Source: Escherichia virus TH43
DNA: 64,000 bases
Direction: 5' to 3' (one strand)
Sequence record: MT446414.1
The translations under genes and the position numbers were made by a program. Positions 56,325 to 64,000 of the stretch are shown here, one piece after another. The notes under the pieces were generated by a model. It did not search any database. It had not been told where the DNA came from and saw only the letters and a list, made by a program, of their open reading frames with translations. Each line of letters begins with the position of its first letter. The stretch's first letter is position 1.

Positions 56325-56589
56325 GTGAGGATGTTCCTCAATTAACTATAATCTCAATGCCATATGGCTCACCGCTAGGGCGAGACTTGTCTCAAACATC
56401 CGGTGATAGACTAAAACCTGTTAATTTTCGAATGGCATTCCGATATGTAGGGGTATGTATCGGTTTGGGATAGAGAACAATCTAGGGGTAGAAAGTTCTC
56501 GACAGTTTGTACAAGCGGAAGCCTTAACGTGTAGGGCTTCCCTTTATATTAACTGGCAATCCTGCCTCCATTAACAAAGAGAGAACGTT

Positions 56590-56730
56590 ATGAAAAAGAC
56601 AACCAAACGTATGAACCGTCCTGAACGTATGGATGCAGTAGCAAATGGTGCTCTGAAGATTGAGTCTGCCATGCTCCGTCTGACAACTAACATCCGTAAA
56701 CGTCAGGGTGATTGGTTCTATGGCGGCTGA
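56590..56730 (+). CDS. small basic protein (46 aa)
   Basis: manual translation; RBS AAAGAGAGAA. Confidence 0.3.
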   Translation: MKKTTKRMNRPERMDAVANGALKIESAMLRLTTNIRKRQGDWFYGG

Positions 56731-56923
56731 GCATGACATTGGTATTCGTGAGATTATTCGTCTTGCGATAATTGACCATCCTAATAGTCGTGATGGTTTG
56801 TTGTTACAGATCTCTAAATGTCTCAATTGCGATCGGGATGTAGCAAAAGAGTTGTTCTATGCATTCCTGTATAATGCAGAAGATCGCTTCTTGAATAACA
56901 AACTGCGTAGTGCTTGCACTTAA
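56720..56923 (+). CDS. hypothetical protein
   Basis: ORF track 56708..56923; internal ATG. Confidence 0.45.
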   Translation: MAAEHDIGIREIIRLAIIDHPNSRDGLLLQISKCLNCDRDVAKELFYAFLYNAEDRFLNNKLRSACT

Positions 56924-56928
56924 ATAAG

Positions 56929-56960
56929 AGGCTGCCCTTCGGGGTGGCCTTTGTTGTTTT
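56929..56960 (+). terminator. rho-independent terminator
   Basis: GGCTGCCC-TTCG-GGGTGGCC hairpin plus T-rich tail. Confidence 0.55.
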
Positions 56961-57003
56961 AATTAAGGGGCAACTCTTACTTAAACTAACAAGAGAGGTT
57001 GGT

Positions 57004-57213
57004 ATGAACATTCGTTTAGTTCGTAAACAAGATGGCAGACAGGTTGTGCTAGGTGAGATTGTTTGTGCTGCACACAACCTACTCCCTGAAAAAGATGAAA
57101 CTATCTGGTTTGATGGAGAACAGCGCCGAGTATTATCGGTTGTTAAATCCTTTGAGCCAAAACGCAACAATGAAAAAGCTCTTACCTGTTGGTTTGAGGT
57201 TGACATTACATAA
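57004..57213 (+). CDS. small hypothetical protein
   Basis: same frame as track ORF 56914..57213; RBS AGAGAGG. Confidence 0.45.
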   Translation: MNIRLVRKQDGRQVVLGEIVCAAHNLLPEKDETIWFDGEQRRVLSVVKSFEPKRNNEKALTCWFEVDIT

Positions 57214-57222
57214 GGGGTTGAT

Positions 57223-57474
57223 GTGTTCAATCGTTTATTTGACCGTAAAGGTCGCACTGACATACTGATACCTTCTATCGGTGTGCCAGCTAAGTTCGGT
57301 GAGATACGTGCTGGTGACTTCTTCATGGAATCAGGTCGTCTTCATCTGAAGATCAACCTCGATCACGCTGTTGAAATCCTCAGTGATGATAAGCCAATCA
57401 TCGGCACTTCGGTGTACAGTGCAAACCATACTGTATTTGTTGTCAATGTTCAGATTGAGATTAAATCACCATGA
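57223..57474 (+). CDS. small protein, PGDxF paralog family (GTG start)
   Basis: FGEIRAGDFFM motif. Confidence 0.45.
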   Translation: MFNRLFDRKGRTDILIPSIGVPAKFGEIRAGDFFMESGRLHLKINLDHAVEILSDDKPIIGTSVYSANHTVFVVNVQIEIKSP

Positions 57475-57728
57475 AGACAAACTTCCGAGCAGCAGTTATT
57501 ACGAAAGTAATAGCAGTTGGCGATGTAATGATGCAGGTTCCTCTGAACACTCGTTACATTGCCATTGACCGAATGGGTTATGTGTGGGCTTGGAAGTGGA
57601 AGCCTACTTATAACGAACTGTTCGACGAATACCAGTGCGCTGGACCTTACATGCCAACCTTAATCGGTGTGTATGAAGATGGTCCTTGTCGTACTCCTCA
57701 GTTAATCGAACTACCGGCGTGTGCTTAA
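57471..57728 (+). CDS. hypothetical protein
   Basis: ORF track. Confidence 0.45.
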   Translation: MKTNFRAAVITKVIAVGDVMMQVPLNTRYIAIDRMGYVWAWKWKPTYNELFDEYQCAGPYMPTLIGVYEDGPCRTPQLIELPACA

Positions 57729-57729
57729 T

Positions 57730-57891
57730 ATGATTAAGTGGCTAAAGCGTGTCTTCCATTGTCATGATTGGAAGATTATTAACACCCGTCCTCTGGTCTA
57801 TACAGATTCAGATGGGAACAATGACAAGGGCACACGTTACGTTATTCAGTGTAAGGTGTGTGGTGATGTTAGTCATCGTGATGTAATCTAA
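57730..57891 (+). CDS. small zinc-ribbon protein, tandem paralog A (53 aa)
   Basis: manual translation MIKWLKRVFHCHDW...CKVCG. Confidence 0.4.
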   Translation: MIKWLKRVFHCHDWKIINTRPLVYTDSDGNNDKGTRYVIQCKVCGDVSHRDVI

Positions 57892-57900
57892 GGAATCATT

Positions 57901-58065
57901 ATGATTAAATGGTTCAAACGTCTATTTCATTTCCATGAGTGGGAAGATCTTTCTACTTATGAACTGACGATCACAAATAAACTTACTGACAGAGAGCGAC
58001 AAGGGTTGCGTATCTACTCTCGCTGTAAAGTGTGTGGTCTGCACAAGAAAACAGACCTGATTTAA
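57901..58065 (+). CDS. small zinc-ribbon protein, tandem paralog B (54 aa)
   Basis: manual translation MIKWFKRLFHFHEW...CKVCG. Confidence 0.4.
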   Translation: MIKWFKRLFHFHEWEDLSTYELTITNKLTDRERQGLRIYSRCKVCGLHKKTDLI

Positions 58066-58073
58066 GGGGTGTT

Positions 58074-58283
58074 ATGTTCTTTCGTAAGAAAAAGCCCGAA
58101 GATTCTGGATGTAAACACGAGTGGGTGATCACTGAAAACCTTCAAATCACTCACGCTAAAGACACTCCAGTCGAGAGAAAAGAGTCTCGTGTATCTCGTA
58201 TCTGTAAACGCTGTTTGAAAATAGAACAGCATAAAGTTCCCGGTCATATCGGTCACGATGTGGCCTTGCGTATCTTCAGTTAA
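58074..58283 (+). CDS. small zinc-ribbon protein, tandem paralog C
   Basis: CKHEW...CKRC; same frame as track ORF 58032..58283. Confidence 0.4.
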   Translation: MFFRKKKPEDSGCKHEWVITENLQITHAKDTPVERKESRVSRICKRCLKIEQHKVPGHIGHDVALRIFS

Positions 58284-58317
58284 ACAAACTCAGCATCCTT
58301 AGCTCAATGGAGGGGTT

Positions 58318-58740
58318 TTGAAGATAGAGTTAGAATACCCCTTCGTTAATGACTGGCGATTGGGCTACTTAAGAACAAGCAGAGACGGTAGGAAGCGTGT
58401 TGATTTGTATAATACCGACACGGAGAGGACAACCATTTCTTACGCAAGATATTTAATGTCTTGTCACATAGGCAGGTACCTAACTGAAGACGAGGAGGTT
58501 GATCATATTGACAGAAATAAAACTAATGATGACATATCTAATCTTCAGATACTTTCCATAGAAAATCACAGAAAGAAGTCAACATTAGAAGCAACTACTG
58601 GAAGAACAATGATTTCAGTTGTTTGCTCTTATTGTGGAAGATCTTTTGAAAAAGAAAAGCGAAATGTTAAATATGCAAATTCTTTTTGTAACAGATCATG
58701 TGCAGGTAAGTATAACGGTTTCAAATCTATCGGGGCGTAG
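58318..58740 (+). CDS. HNH homing-endonuclease-like protein
   Basis: EEVDHIDRNKTNDDISNLQILSIENHRKK HNH motif. Confidence 0.55.
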   Translation: MKIELEYPFVNDWRLGYLRTSRDGRKRVDLYNTDTERTTISYARYLMSCHIGRYLTEDEEVDHIDRNKTNDDISNLQILSIENHRKKSTLEATTGRTMISVVCSYCGRSFEKEKRNVKYANSFCNRSCAGKYNGFKSIGA

Positions 58741-58806
58741 TCTAGTGGAACAGGCAGCGAGCTTCTAACTCGCCTTACGAGGGTTCGAATCCTTCCGTCC
58801 CGACCA
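58731..58806 (+). tRNA. tRNA-Arg (anticodon TCT)
   Basis: hand-folded 76 nt cloverleaf: 7 bp acceptor, D-loop with GG, anticodon loop CTTCTAA, T-loop TTCGAAT, encoded CCA. Confidence 0.8.
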
Positions 58807-58951
58807 ATTTTAAACAAGGGCTAGTATGGGTACGGCACCAGAGTTAGTGTATCCCTGTTGAGGCAAGTGCTTTTATAACAGTGGGAATTGCTTTCTTAGT
58901 GAGCTTCTGGTTCGATTCCAGATAGTCCACCAAATCAAATAGGAGGTGCTT

Positions 58952-59278
58952 ATGAGTTGGGGTGGTGTAATTACCTTAACCTGTATCTTTATCGCCTGTG
59001 TAGCTCTTACAGGCTGCGTACAGCATCGTCCTGATGGATGGTGTGCATTATCGGTAGAAGGTGTCTGTGTTTCCCGTTGGCATAGCGGGGAGAAGATTCC
59101 TAGTGGTGAAATTGATATGCGTTATGCTGGTGCTTCTTGTTCCAATGGCGGTGCTGTTGACGAGAAGGCTTATGCAAAGCGTGATATGGCTACCCAAGGT
59201 GATTGGTCACGTTATGACTTCATCTCCCGTGGTGAGCTGTGTGGTGGCTCTGTGACAACAACAGGTAAGGAGTGGTGA
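58952..59278 (+). CDS. lipoprotein (lipobox LTGC), Cys-rich
   Basis: signal peptide with lipobox ALTGC; RBS AGGAGG 5 nt upstream. Confidence 0.5.
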   Translation: MSWGGVITLTCIFIACVALTGCVQHRPDGWCALSVEGVCVSRWHSGEKIPSGEIDMRYAGASCSNGGAVDEKAYAKRDMATQGDWSRYDFISRGELCGGSVTTTGKEW

Positions 59279-59279
59279 T

Positions 59280-59534
59280 ATGTCCGGTCATTATTCTGAT
59301 ACGAAAGCTCTACTTGAAACAGCGGCTCAAACTTCATGCCAACAGCAAGTAAAAATGCTGTTGGTTGATATCCGTAATCTTCGTTGGCTTATTAAAGAAG
59401 GTCATCTCGGTAACGCTGCCTATTACAACGTTAAAGATATCCTTCGCCGCCAGCACTTTCTTATCCACGGAAACGTGGTAACTCGCAACTATCAATGGAA
59501 CGGTGAATGGTTACAGCAGCGTATGTCCTCCTGA
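59280..59534 (+). CDS. hypothetical protein
   Basis: ORF track. Confidence 0.45.
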   Translation: MSGHYSDTKALLETAAQTSCQQQVKMLLVDIRNLRWLIKEGHLGNAAYYNVKDILRRQHFLIHGNVVTRNYQWNGEWLQQRMSS

Positions 59535-59761
59535 TTTATGTTATTGGTTGGTGGTTGGCAGCCATTGTAGTTAAATGGTGCTTCAAAACCAATACACTCT
59601 ACAACTTCTTCCATTCCTCATGGAGTGGTAAGCCTGATGAATACTCTATTTGGACGGTGATATTCTTCTGGCCTTTTATGCTGATCTTTATCCTCTTCTT
59701 ACCTTTACTTATGTTGATAGGCTGGGTAATGGATAAGGTGACAGTCTTTATTACTAAGTAA
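59507..59761 (+). CDS. small membrane protein (2-3 TM helices)
   Basis: hydrophobic segments. Confidence 0.45.
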   Translation: MVTAAYVLLIYVIGWWLAAIVVKWCFKTNTLYNFFHSSWSGKPDEYSIWTVIFFWPFMLIFILFLPLLMLIGWVMDKVTVFITK

Positions 59762-59780
59762 TATCATCCTTGGAGTTTTT

Positions 59781-60029
59781 ATGTCTTCTAAAAAGAAAGA
59801 ACTGTTCAACAAACGCCTTTCTGATGCCCTTCAGTGGCGTCGTGATGTTGCTAATGGCTGCGTAAAAGCAAGCTATGAAACATTCAGTGGGTTTGATGAA
59901 ACCTATGCAGGGTTCAAAGGAAGCATCTCCTGTGATGATCTCGATAAGATTTGTGAAAAGTCTTATGAGATGGAAGATAATCTTTGTATTGGCTGGAGCA
60001 TGGGGGAGCTTCGTCCCAACACTAAGTAA
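59781..60029 (+). CDS. hypothetical protein
   Basis: ORF track. Confidence 0.45.
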   Translation: MSSKKKELFNKRLSDALQWRRDVANGCVKASYETFSGFDETYAGFKGSISCDDLDKICEKSYEMEDNLCIGWSMGELRPNTK

Positions 60030-60305
60030 TATCGTGAAGGATTCTTACGAGAGTCCTTTGAGATAGGACTTCAGATCTCCTATCAACTAACCGCTCAATG
60101 TTGAGCATTTTAATCACATAAGCCCCTCATGGGCTGGGTTTAATGCCGGTAAGCGTTTTATGCTATCCACTACAGCATCGGATTGTTAGGTCTTACATGC
60201 AACATTAATTAATAGGATATGGGAGGATTCGTCCCCTCCCCCTATTTATGAAAGCATTCTTCCGAGAGTTCTCTCATAAATTGGTCCATAACTAAAGGTG
60301 GTAAA

Positions 60306-60560
60306 ATGAAAGTTAACATGCCAGCAGGTAAAAATTCAATACCCCTCAGTGCTTTGCGACTTGGGGATTGCTTCATGTACCCTAACAGTGAAGATGGTGA
60401 TTTGTACATCTTACTGTCTACCGAGTTCTCAACTCGCTTGTGCATTAAGGGTGCGGACGAGCACAGACTTGTAGCCTGTCTTAACACAGGCCGAGCGACA
60501 GCGCCTCGTAAAGATGTTGCTGTTATTCCTATTAAAGCTGAAGCAATTATTAAGGAATAA
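60306..60560 (+). CDS. small protein, PGDxF paralog family
   Basis: LSALRLGDCFMY motif. Confidence 0.5.
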   Translation: MKVNMPAGKNSIPLSALRLGDCFMYPNSEDGDLYILLSTEFSTRLCIKGADEHRLVACLNTGRATAPRKDVAVIPIKAEAIIKE

Positions 60561-60563
60561 GCA

Positions 60564-60830
60564 ATGACAGTTCTTACTATCAATAAGACTCGTGTTGCAG
60601 ATATCCCTCTGACTGTTCAGGGGATTCTTCCCGGCTCTTTCTTTACCCTTAAAGAAGATAAAGAACAAACCCTTTACATGAAGGTAAACAAAAGCTCTAA
60701 CGGTTCTGAATACTCTCGAGCCGTGTCTATGCAGAGTGGGTACGTTCGTAATATGGCACCTAATATGCCAGTTGGTGTTGTATTTGAATCAGCAACTCTG
60801 GATTTAGTGGAGAAGGTTAGTGAAACGTAA
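60564..60830 (+). CDS. small protein, PGDxF paralog family (divergent)
   Basis: GILPGSFFTL motif. Confidence 0.45.
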   Translation: MTVLTINKTRVADIPLTVQGILPGSFFTLKEDKEQTLYMKVNKSSNGSEYSRAVSMQSGYVRNMAPNMPVGVVFESATLDLVEKVSET

Positions 60831-61092
60831 AGATCATCCAAAATATGTGTCACTATTGGATGCAGCCCTTCTCTGCACATATTGGCTCCTCATTGTTGTT
60901 GGTGTCGTGCTAATAATATGTGGTGTCGTACAGTTCTTTATGTATCTGCAAAGCGTGTTAGATATCACATTAGCTAACACTATAATCCTTGCAATTCTCG
61001 GTATTATTGCTTTCTGTGTGATTGTCTTCTTCGTTTGGTTATCTATGAACGACGACTCTACACACCTTCTATTGACAGGAGAAAATCAGTGA
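60820..61092 (+). CDS. small membrane protein (2 TM helices)
   Basis: hydrophobic segments. Confidence 0.45.
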   Translation: MKRKDHPKYVSLLDAALLCTYWLLIVVGVVLIICGVVQFFMYLQSVLDITLANTIILAILGIIAFCVIVFFVWLSMNDDSTHLLLTGENQ

Positions 61093-61273
61093 GAAAACGT
61101 GCCTACTCTGAAGAAGAAATGGTTAACCTGAAAGGCTTTGGTCAGCGACAGCCTGATGGCTCAGTTATCTGGTACATTAACGGACAGAAAAAGGCAAGTA
61201 AATAAGCCCTCTTCTCTCCTCCCTTTAGCTACTATGACGCCTCTCTTTTCGGCGCTGTTTTGGAGCTTCAAAA

Positions 61274-61687
61274 ATGGCTGGGAAACTCCCCAACGTAAGC
61301 AAGAAATTGGCCTACCTCACGTATAAAGAAAACATTGATCTTCTGGTCAAGCTTTATCCGGCTTCATTCAACAAGCAATTCCCTCTTCCTTTGGAGCTTA
61401 ACATCCATAAGGAAATAGCCCGTAAGACCGGTTGGTCAGCGGAGAAAACAAGCATGGTGCTCAACATCTGGACTACTCGTATGGAGTATGTGATGATGGC
61501 CTGTAGCACTGGTAAACGCTTCAAGCTGCACTCTGTAGCTATGAAGATTCGTAGTCCTATTGACCCTGAGCCAATGGCTGGGTTCAGCAGCCGTCTGAAA
61601 TCTTTCCGTGATCGTGGTCGTGTAGTGAAGTTTAAGCACGACTTCTCTTATAAGTTTGGATACGAAGCGTTCCAATTCGTTGTTTAA
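61274..61687 (+). CDS. ProQ/FinO-domain RNA-binding protein candidate
   Basis: LVKLYPASF...PLPLELNIHKEIARKTGWSAEKTSMVLNIWTTRMEY...GKRFKLH resembles the ProQ N-terminal domain (recalled). Confidence 0.5.
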   Translation: MAGKLPNVSKKLAYLTYKENIDLLVKLYPASFNKQFPLPLELNIHKEIARKTGWSAEKTSMVLNIWTTRMEYVMMACSTGKRFKLHSVAMKIRSPIDPEPMAGFSSRLKSFRDRGRVVKFKHDFSYKFGYEAFQFVV

Positions 61688-61715
61688 TCTCTCTTTAATA
61701 TAAGGTAATAGAAAC

Positions 61716-61949
61716 ATGTCTAAAGTTAGCGCAATTGATGCCATCCGCCAGCCGTTCCAGTTCCAGTCCAAATCAACCCAAACCTTCAGCGAACCTCGCC
61801 AGATTCGTCTGGGCGGCACAGAGAAATCTGTGTTTGATATTGCGAAAAATAAAAGCGTGACCATCGTCGAAGGTGGTGAGCTGGTTAATGTTTCCCATCG
61901 TATCCGCACTGGTAAAACTGCCAAAGATCGTGCTAAGAAAGGTCTGTAA
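61716..61949 (+). CDS. hypothetical protein
   Basis: ORF track. Confidence 0.45.
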   Translation: MSKVSAIDAIRQPFQFQSKSTQTFSEPRQIRLGGTEKSVFDIAKNKSVTIVEGGELVNVSHRIRTGKTAKDRAKKGL

Positions 61950-62200
61950 TGCAAATTGCTAATAAAACCCCTCCTGAATCAATTATCCAAGTAAAGGATA
62001 TGTCACCGGGAGATGTATTTCGTGCAACGGAATATCCGGGGGATTTCTTTATTCGAATCCCCTCAGCATCTGTTGGTGGTATCGCTAAACCGGTAACAGC
62101 AGTTCAGCTAAGTACGGGTCATCTCTTCCGTTTAGAGATTGATATGATTGTGATTCCTGTTCCAACAGCAATCCTCCGCTTCGACGGAGCCACAGAGTAA
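61949..62200 (+). CDS. small protein, PGDxF paralog family
   Basis: KDMSPGDVFRA motif. Confidence 0.5.
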   Translation: MQIANKTPPESIIQVKDMSPGDVFRATEYPGDFFIRIPSASVGGIAKPVTAVQLSTGHLFRLEIDMIVIPVPTAILRFDGATE

Positions 62201-62205
62201 CATCT

Positions 62206-62233
62206 ATAGCCCTTGTGAGTATCAGAGGGCTAT
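62206..62233 (+). repeat. conserved hairpin ATAGCCCT-N12-AGGGCTAT (copy 2 of 2)
   Basis: near-identical to 56297..56324. Confidence 0.6.
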
Positions 62234-62441
62234 GTGAGCTATTCTGGCTCAACTAACCTAAACTTAATTTAATCTTACCCGTATGGGGCCGATGCTAGGG
62301 AGAGGAACAGTCCTCGAACATCCGTCGGATAGAATATTTTAAGAGCAGGTTATCCACAGATATTGGGTGATATCTATTTAATTGGCCTTAAAGCTTGGCT
62401 CTCTTAGGAGAGTCCTTTTTTAAGTTCAAAGAAGAGGTTGT

Positions 62442-62609
62442 ATGGATAATAAGTTGAAAGTTAAGTTCTTATTGGCAGCAATCTTTATTTGCTTAGCCAC
62501 CGTGGGGTTTGCCCGTGTGACTTCCTTTGTATCTTGTGAATTAAGCAAGAACAACAGAGGGTCTTATAACTGGCTTACCAATCAATGTGATAAACAGGAG
62601 AAGTTATGA
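62442..62609 (+). CDS. small secreted protein (55 aa)
   Basis: manual translation MDNKLKVKFLLAAIFICLATVGFA...; RBS GAAGAGG. Confidence 0.4.
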   Translation: MDNKLKVKFLLAAIFICLATVGFARVTSFVSCELSKNNRGSYNWLTNQCDKQEKL

Positions 62610-62968
62610 ACCTACGCCCCATCAAAGGCCATGTGAACCTGTCTACGCTGCATAAAGTAGCAAATGATTTGGGTGGCATGGACGAGAATGATTTGGAGCA
62701 GCAATTGCTCTGGATTGCTCATGGCATCAAGGCGGCAAAGGCCAAAATGGCTCGTGCACAAAGCAAGTTAAAGGCGAATAAATATCTTATTCGTCGTCGT
62801 AATACCTTACCTCAGGATGTGGTGAGTTTGGCTGTGGCAGGATACAATGCAGCAGAGGTAGAACTTCAGGAAGCAGAATTCGAAAAAATGCGCTTCCAAG
62901 AAAACTACCGAAACTTCCGTAGCATTGCCTACATTCGCAAATCTCTGGGCCTTCTGGTAGCAGAGTAA
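62606..62968 (+). CDS. hypothetical protein
   Basis: ORF track. Confidence 0.5.
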   Translation: MNLRPIKGHVNLSTLHKVANDLGGMDENDLEQQLLWIAHGIKAAKAKMARAQSKLKANKYLIRRRNTLPQDVVSLAVAGYNAAEVELQEAEFEKMRFQENYRNFRSIAYIRKSLGLLVAE

Positions 62969-62979
62969 AGAGGTAAAAG

Positions 62980-64000
62980 ATGTTCCCTGTAACACTTCAA
63001 AGCTGGAAAGAATCAGAAGATGTTGTAACCGTCTGGCCTCCTTGTTATGGTTTCCTTAAAGCAGGTTACTATCAGGGTGGTGATTATGATGAAGATGATG
63101 AAGACGGTGATCCTGACTACTACAACACGTATGACAGCAACTACGGCTGGAATATCCGCATCAAGGTGTGGAGTACAAATATGATGGTTCGTCAAGGCAC
63201 TGCTGAAGAGAATGTTCTTGAGAATATGTTGCCTATGTCTGAAATCAAGTATATCTGGAACTCCGGAACACATCTTCCAGCTCACGGTGTAAGACGTTAT
63301 GGTGATACTGAATATATCGCTACTCAGTATTTCCGTGAAGGGTTAGAAAATGAAGACCCTCGTCCTCCTTCTCATGTAGAAACATGGGCAGAAGAAAACA
63401 ACCGTCCTGACATCACTGATCGTGTTGTTATGGAAACCTTTGCAGCATTTATGGACAAAGACTCTGACTCATGTCTGGTGTGGCATGAAGTGGGGTTCAT
63501 GGGTGTTTGCACTGATGGCTGTCCCGCTGATCGTGCTCTGTTCTATCTGATGTTGAATCGCACATTCTATACAGATGATGAAAAATCTGCTGTGTATGAA
63601 ATGTTGAACAAGATGTATAAGAAGGGCTGGTCTCCTTTAGCCTCTCTTGCATTCAGCCGACTGATCAACTCTTCAGTGGATGTGTTCGGTAACGAACGTG
63701 TTGCTTTAACAGGGAATGATTACGATTCCTGTATCTTCCAAGCATCTCTGTATACAGTGGGTGTTGGTAGTACAATGGTTGAGCCTCGCCAGACCAAATG
63801 GCGACAGTGTGAATACACTGAAGGTGAAGGTCATCTTCGTGATGAAGACTTCTCCAGTCTGATCTATCGCAGTGAAGGTGTTCGTGATTGTCGAGTGAAC
63901 AACTCGATGTTCTTGCCAATCCTTTTGCCTCAATATTGCCATCTGTCGGAAGATACCCGCCCAATCATCACAGAAAAGTCACTCTTGGTTGAATTTATCC
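62980..64000 (+). CDS. hypothetical Cys-rich protein, 5' partial (open to window end)
   Basis: manual translation from ATG 62980 after RBS AAGAGG; no stop before 64000. Confidence 0.5.
   Translation, partial: MFPVTLQSWKESEDVVTVWPPCYGFLKAGYYQGGDYDEDDEDGDPDYYNTYDSNYGWNIRIKVWSTNMMVRQGTAEENVLENMLPMSEIKYIWNSGTHLPAHGVRRYGDTEYIATQYFREGLENEDPRPPSHVETWAEENNRPDITDRVVMETFAAFMDKDSDSCLVWHEVGFMGVCTDGCPADRALFYLMLNRTFYTDDEKSAVYEMLNKMYKKGWSPLASLAFSRLINSSVDVFGNERVALTGNDYDSCIFQASLYTVGVGSTMVEPRQTKWRQCEYTEGEGHLRDEDFSSLIYRSEGVRDCRVNNSMFLPILLPQYCHLSEDTRPIITEKSLLVEFI

Noticed and set aside
58817-58933. Possible second tRNA downstream of tRNA-Arg, suggested by a perfect T-arm-like hairpin TCTGG-TTCGATT-CCAGA at 58906-58922
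   Set aside because: No acceptable acceptor-stem partner or D-arm at tRNA-compatible distance; the only plausible 5' partner gives a 117 nt molecule with a mismatch. It may be a tRNA remnant or a terminator-like hairpin.
56297-62233. CRISPR-like repeat
   Set aside because: Only two copies of the hairpin, separated by about 5.9 kb of coding sequence; no regular repeat-spacer array.
1-64000. T7-like (Autographiviridae) classification, suggested by the tandem sigma70 early promoters, SLT internal virion protein and capsid frameshift
   Set aside because: Genes are on both strands in divergent blocks, no single-subunit RNA polymerase is present in the window, and a sigma factor is encoded instead.

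Overview
The window reads as most of a tailed-phage (Caudoviricetes) genome with podovirus-like structural genes, organised as two oppositely oriented transcription blocks. Plus-strand blocks (1-16.5 kb and 48.5-64 kb) carry early/middle genes: nucleotide metabolism (ThyX-like, thioredoxin-fold, PhoH, dNMP-kinase-like, HAD and calcineurin-like phosphatases), replication (family A DNA polymerase, 5'-3' exonuclease, SSB-like protein), two HNH endonucleases, an ECF-type sigma factor, a spanin-like pair, a tRNA-Arg(UCU) and many small ORFs in paralogous families. The minus-strand block (16.7-47.6 kb) is the late module: terminase small and large subunits, portal, scaffold, major capsid with a -1 frameshift into an Ig-like extension, tail fibres, GH24 lysozyme, an SLT transglycosylase and large internal virion proteins. 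The blocks diverge from a ~1.3 kb ORF-poor control region (47.2-48.6 kb) and converge on a bidirectional terminator at 16.7 kb. The most unusual signals are a 1.7 kb ORF-poor early leader with tandem sigma70 promoters each followed by an rrn-type boxA, a recurrent TAATGTA(T)ATA motif upstream of genes on both strands, a ProQ/FinO-like RNA-binding protein near duplicated hairpin/noncoding modules, and a DUF2829/Tad2-like small protein. The sigma factor plus tRNA-Arg plus bidirectional layout resembles phiEco32-like (Kuravirus) coliphages, but that is from memory. All calls rest on reading the sequence and the ORF track; no database search was run.
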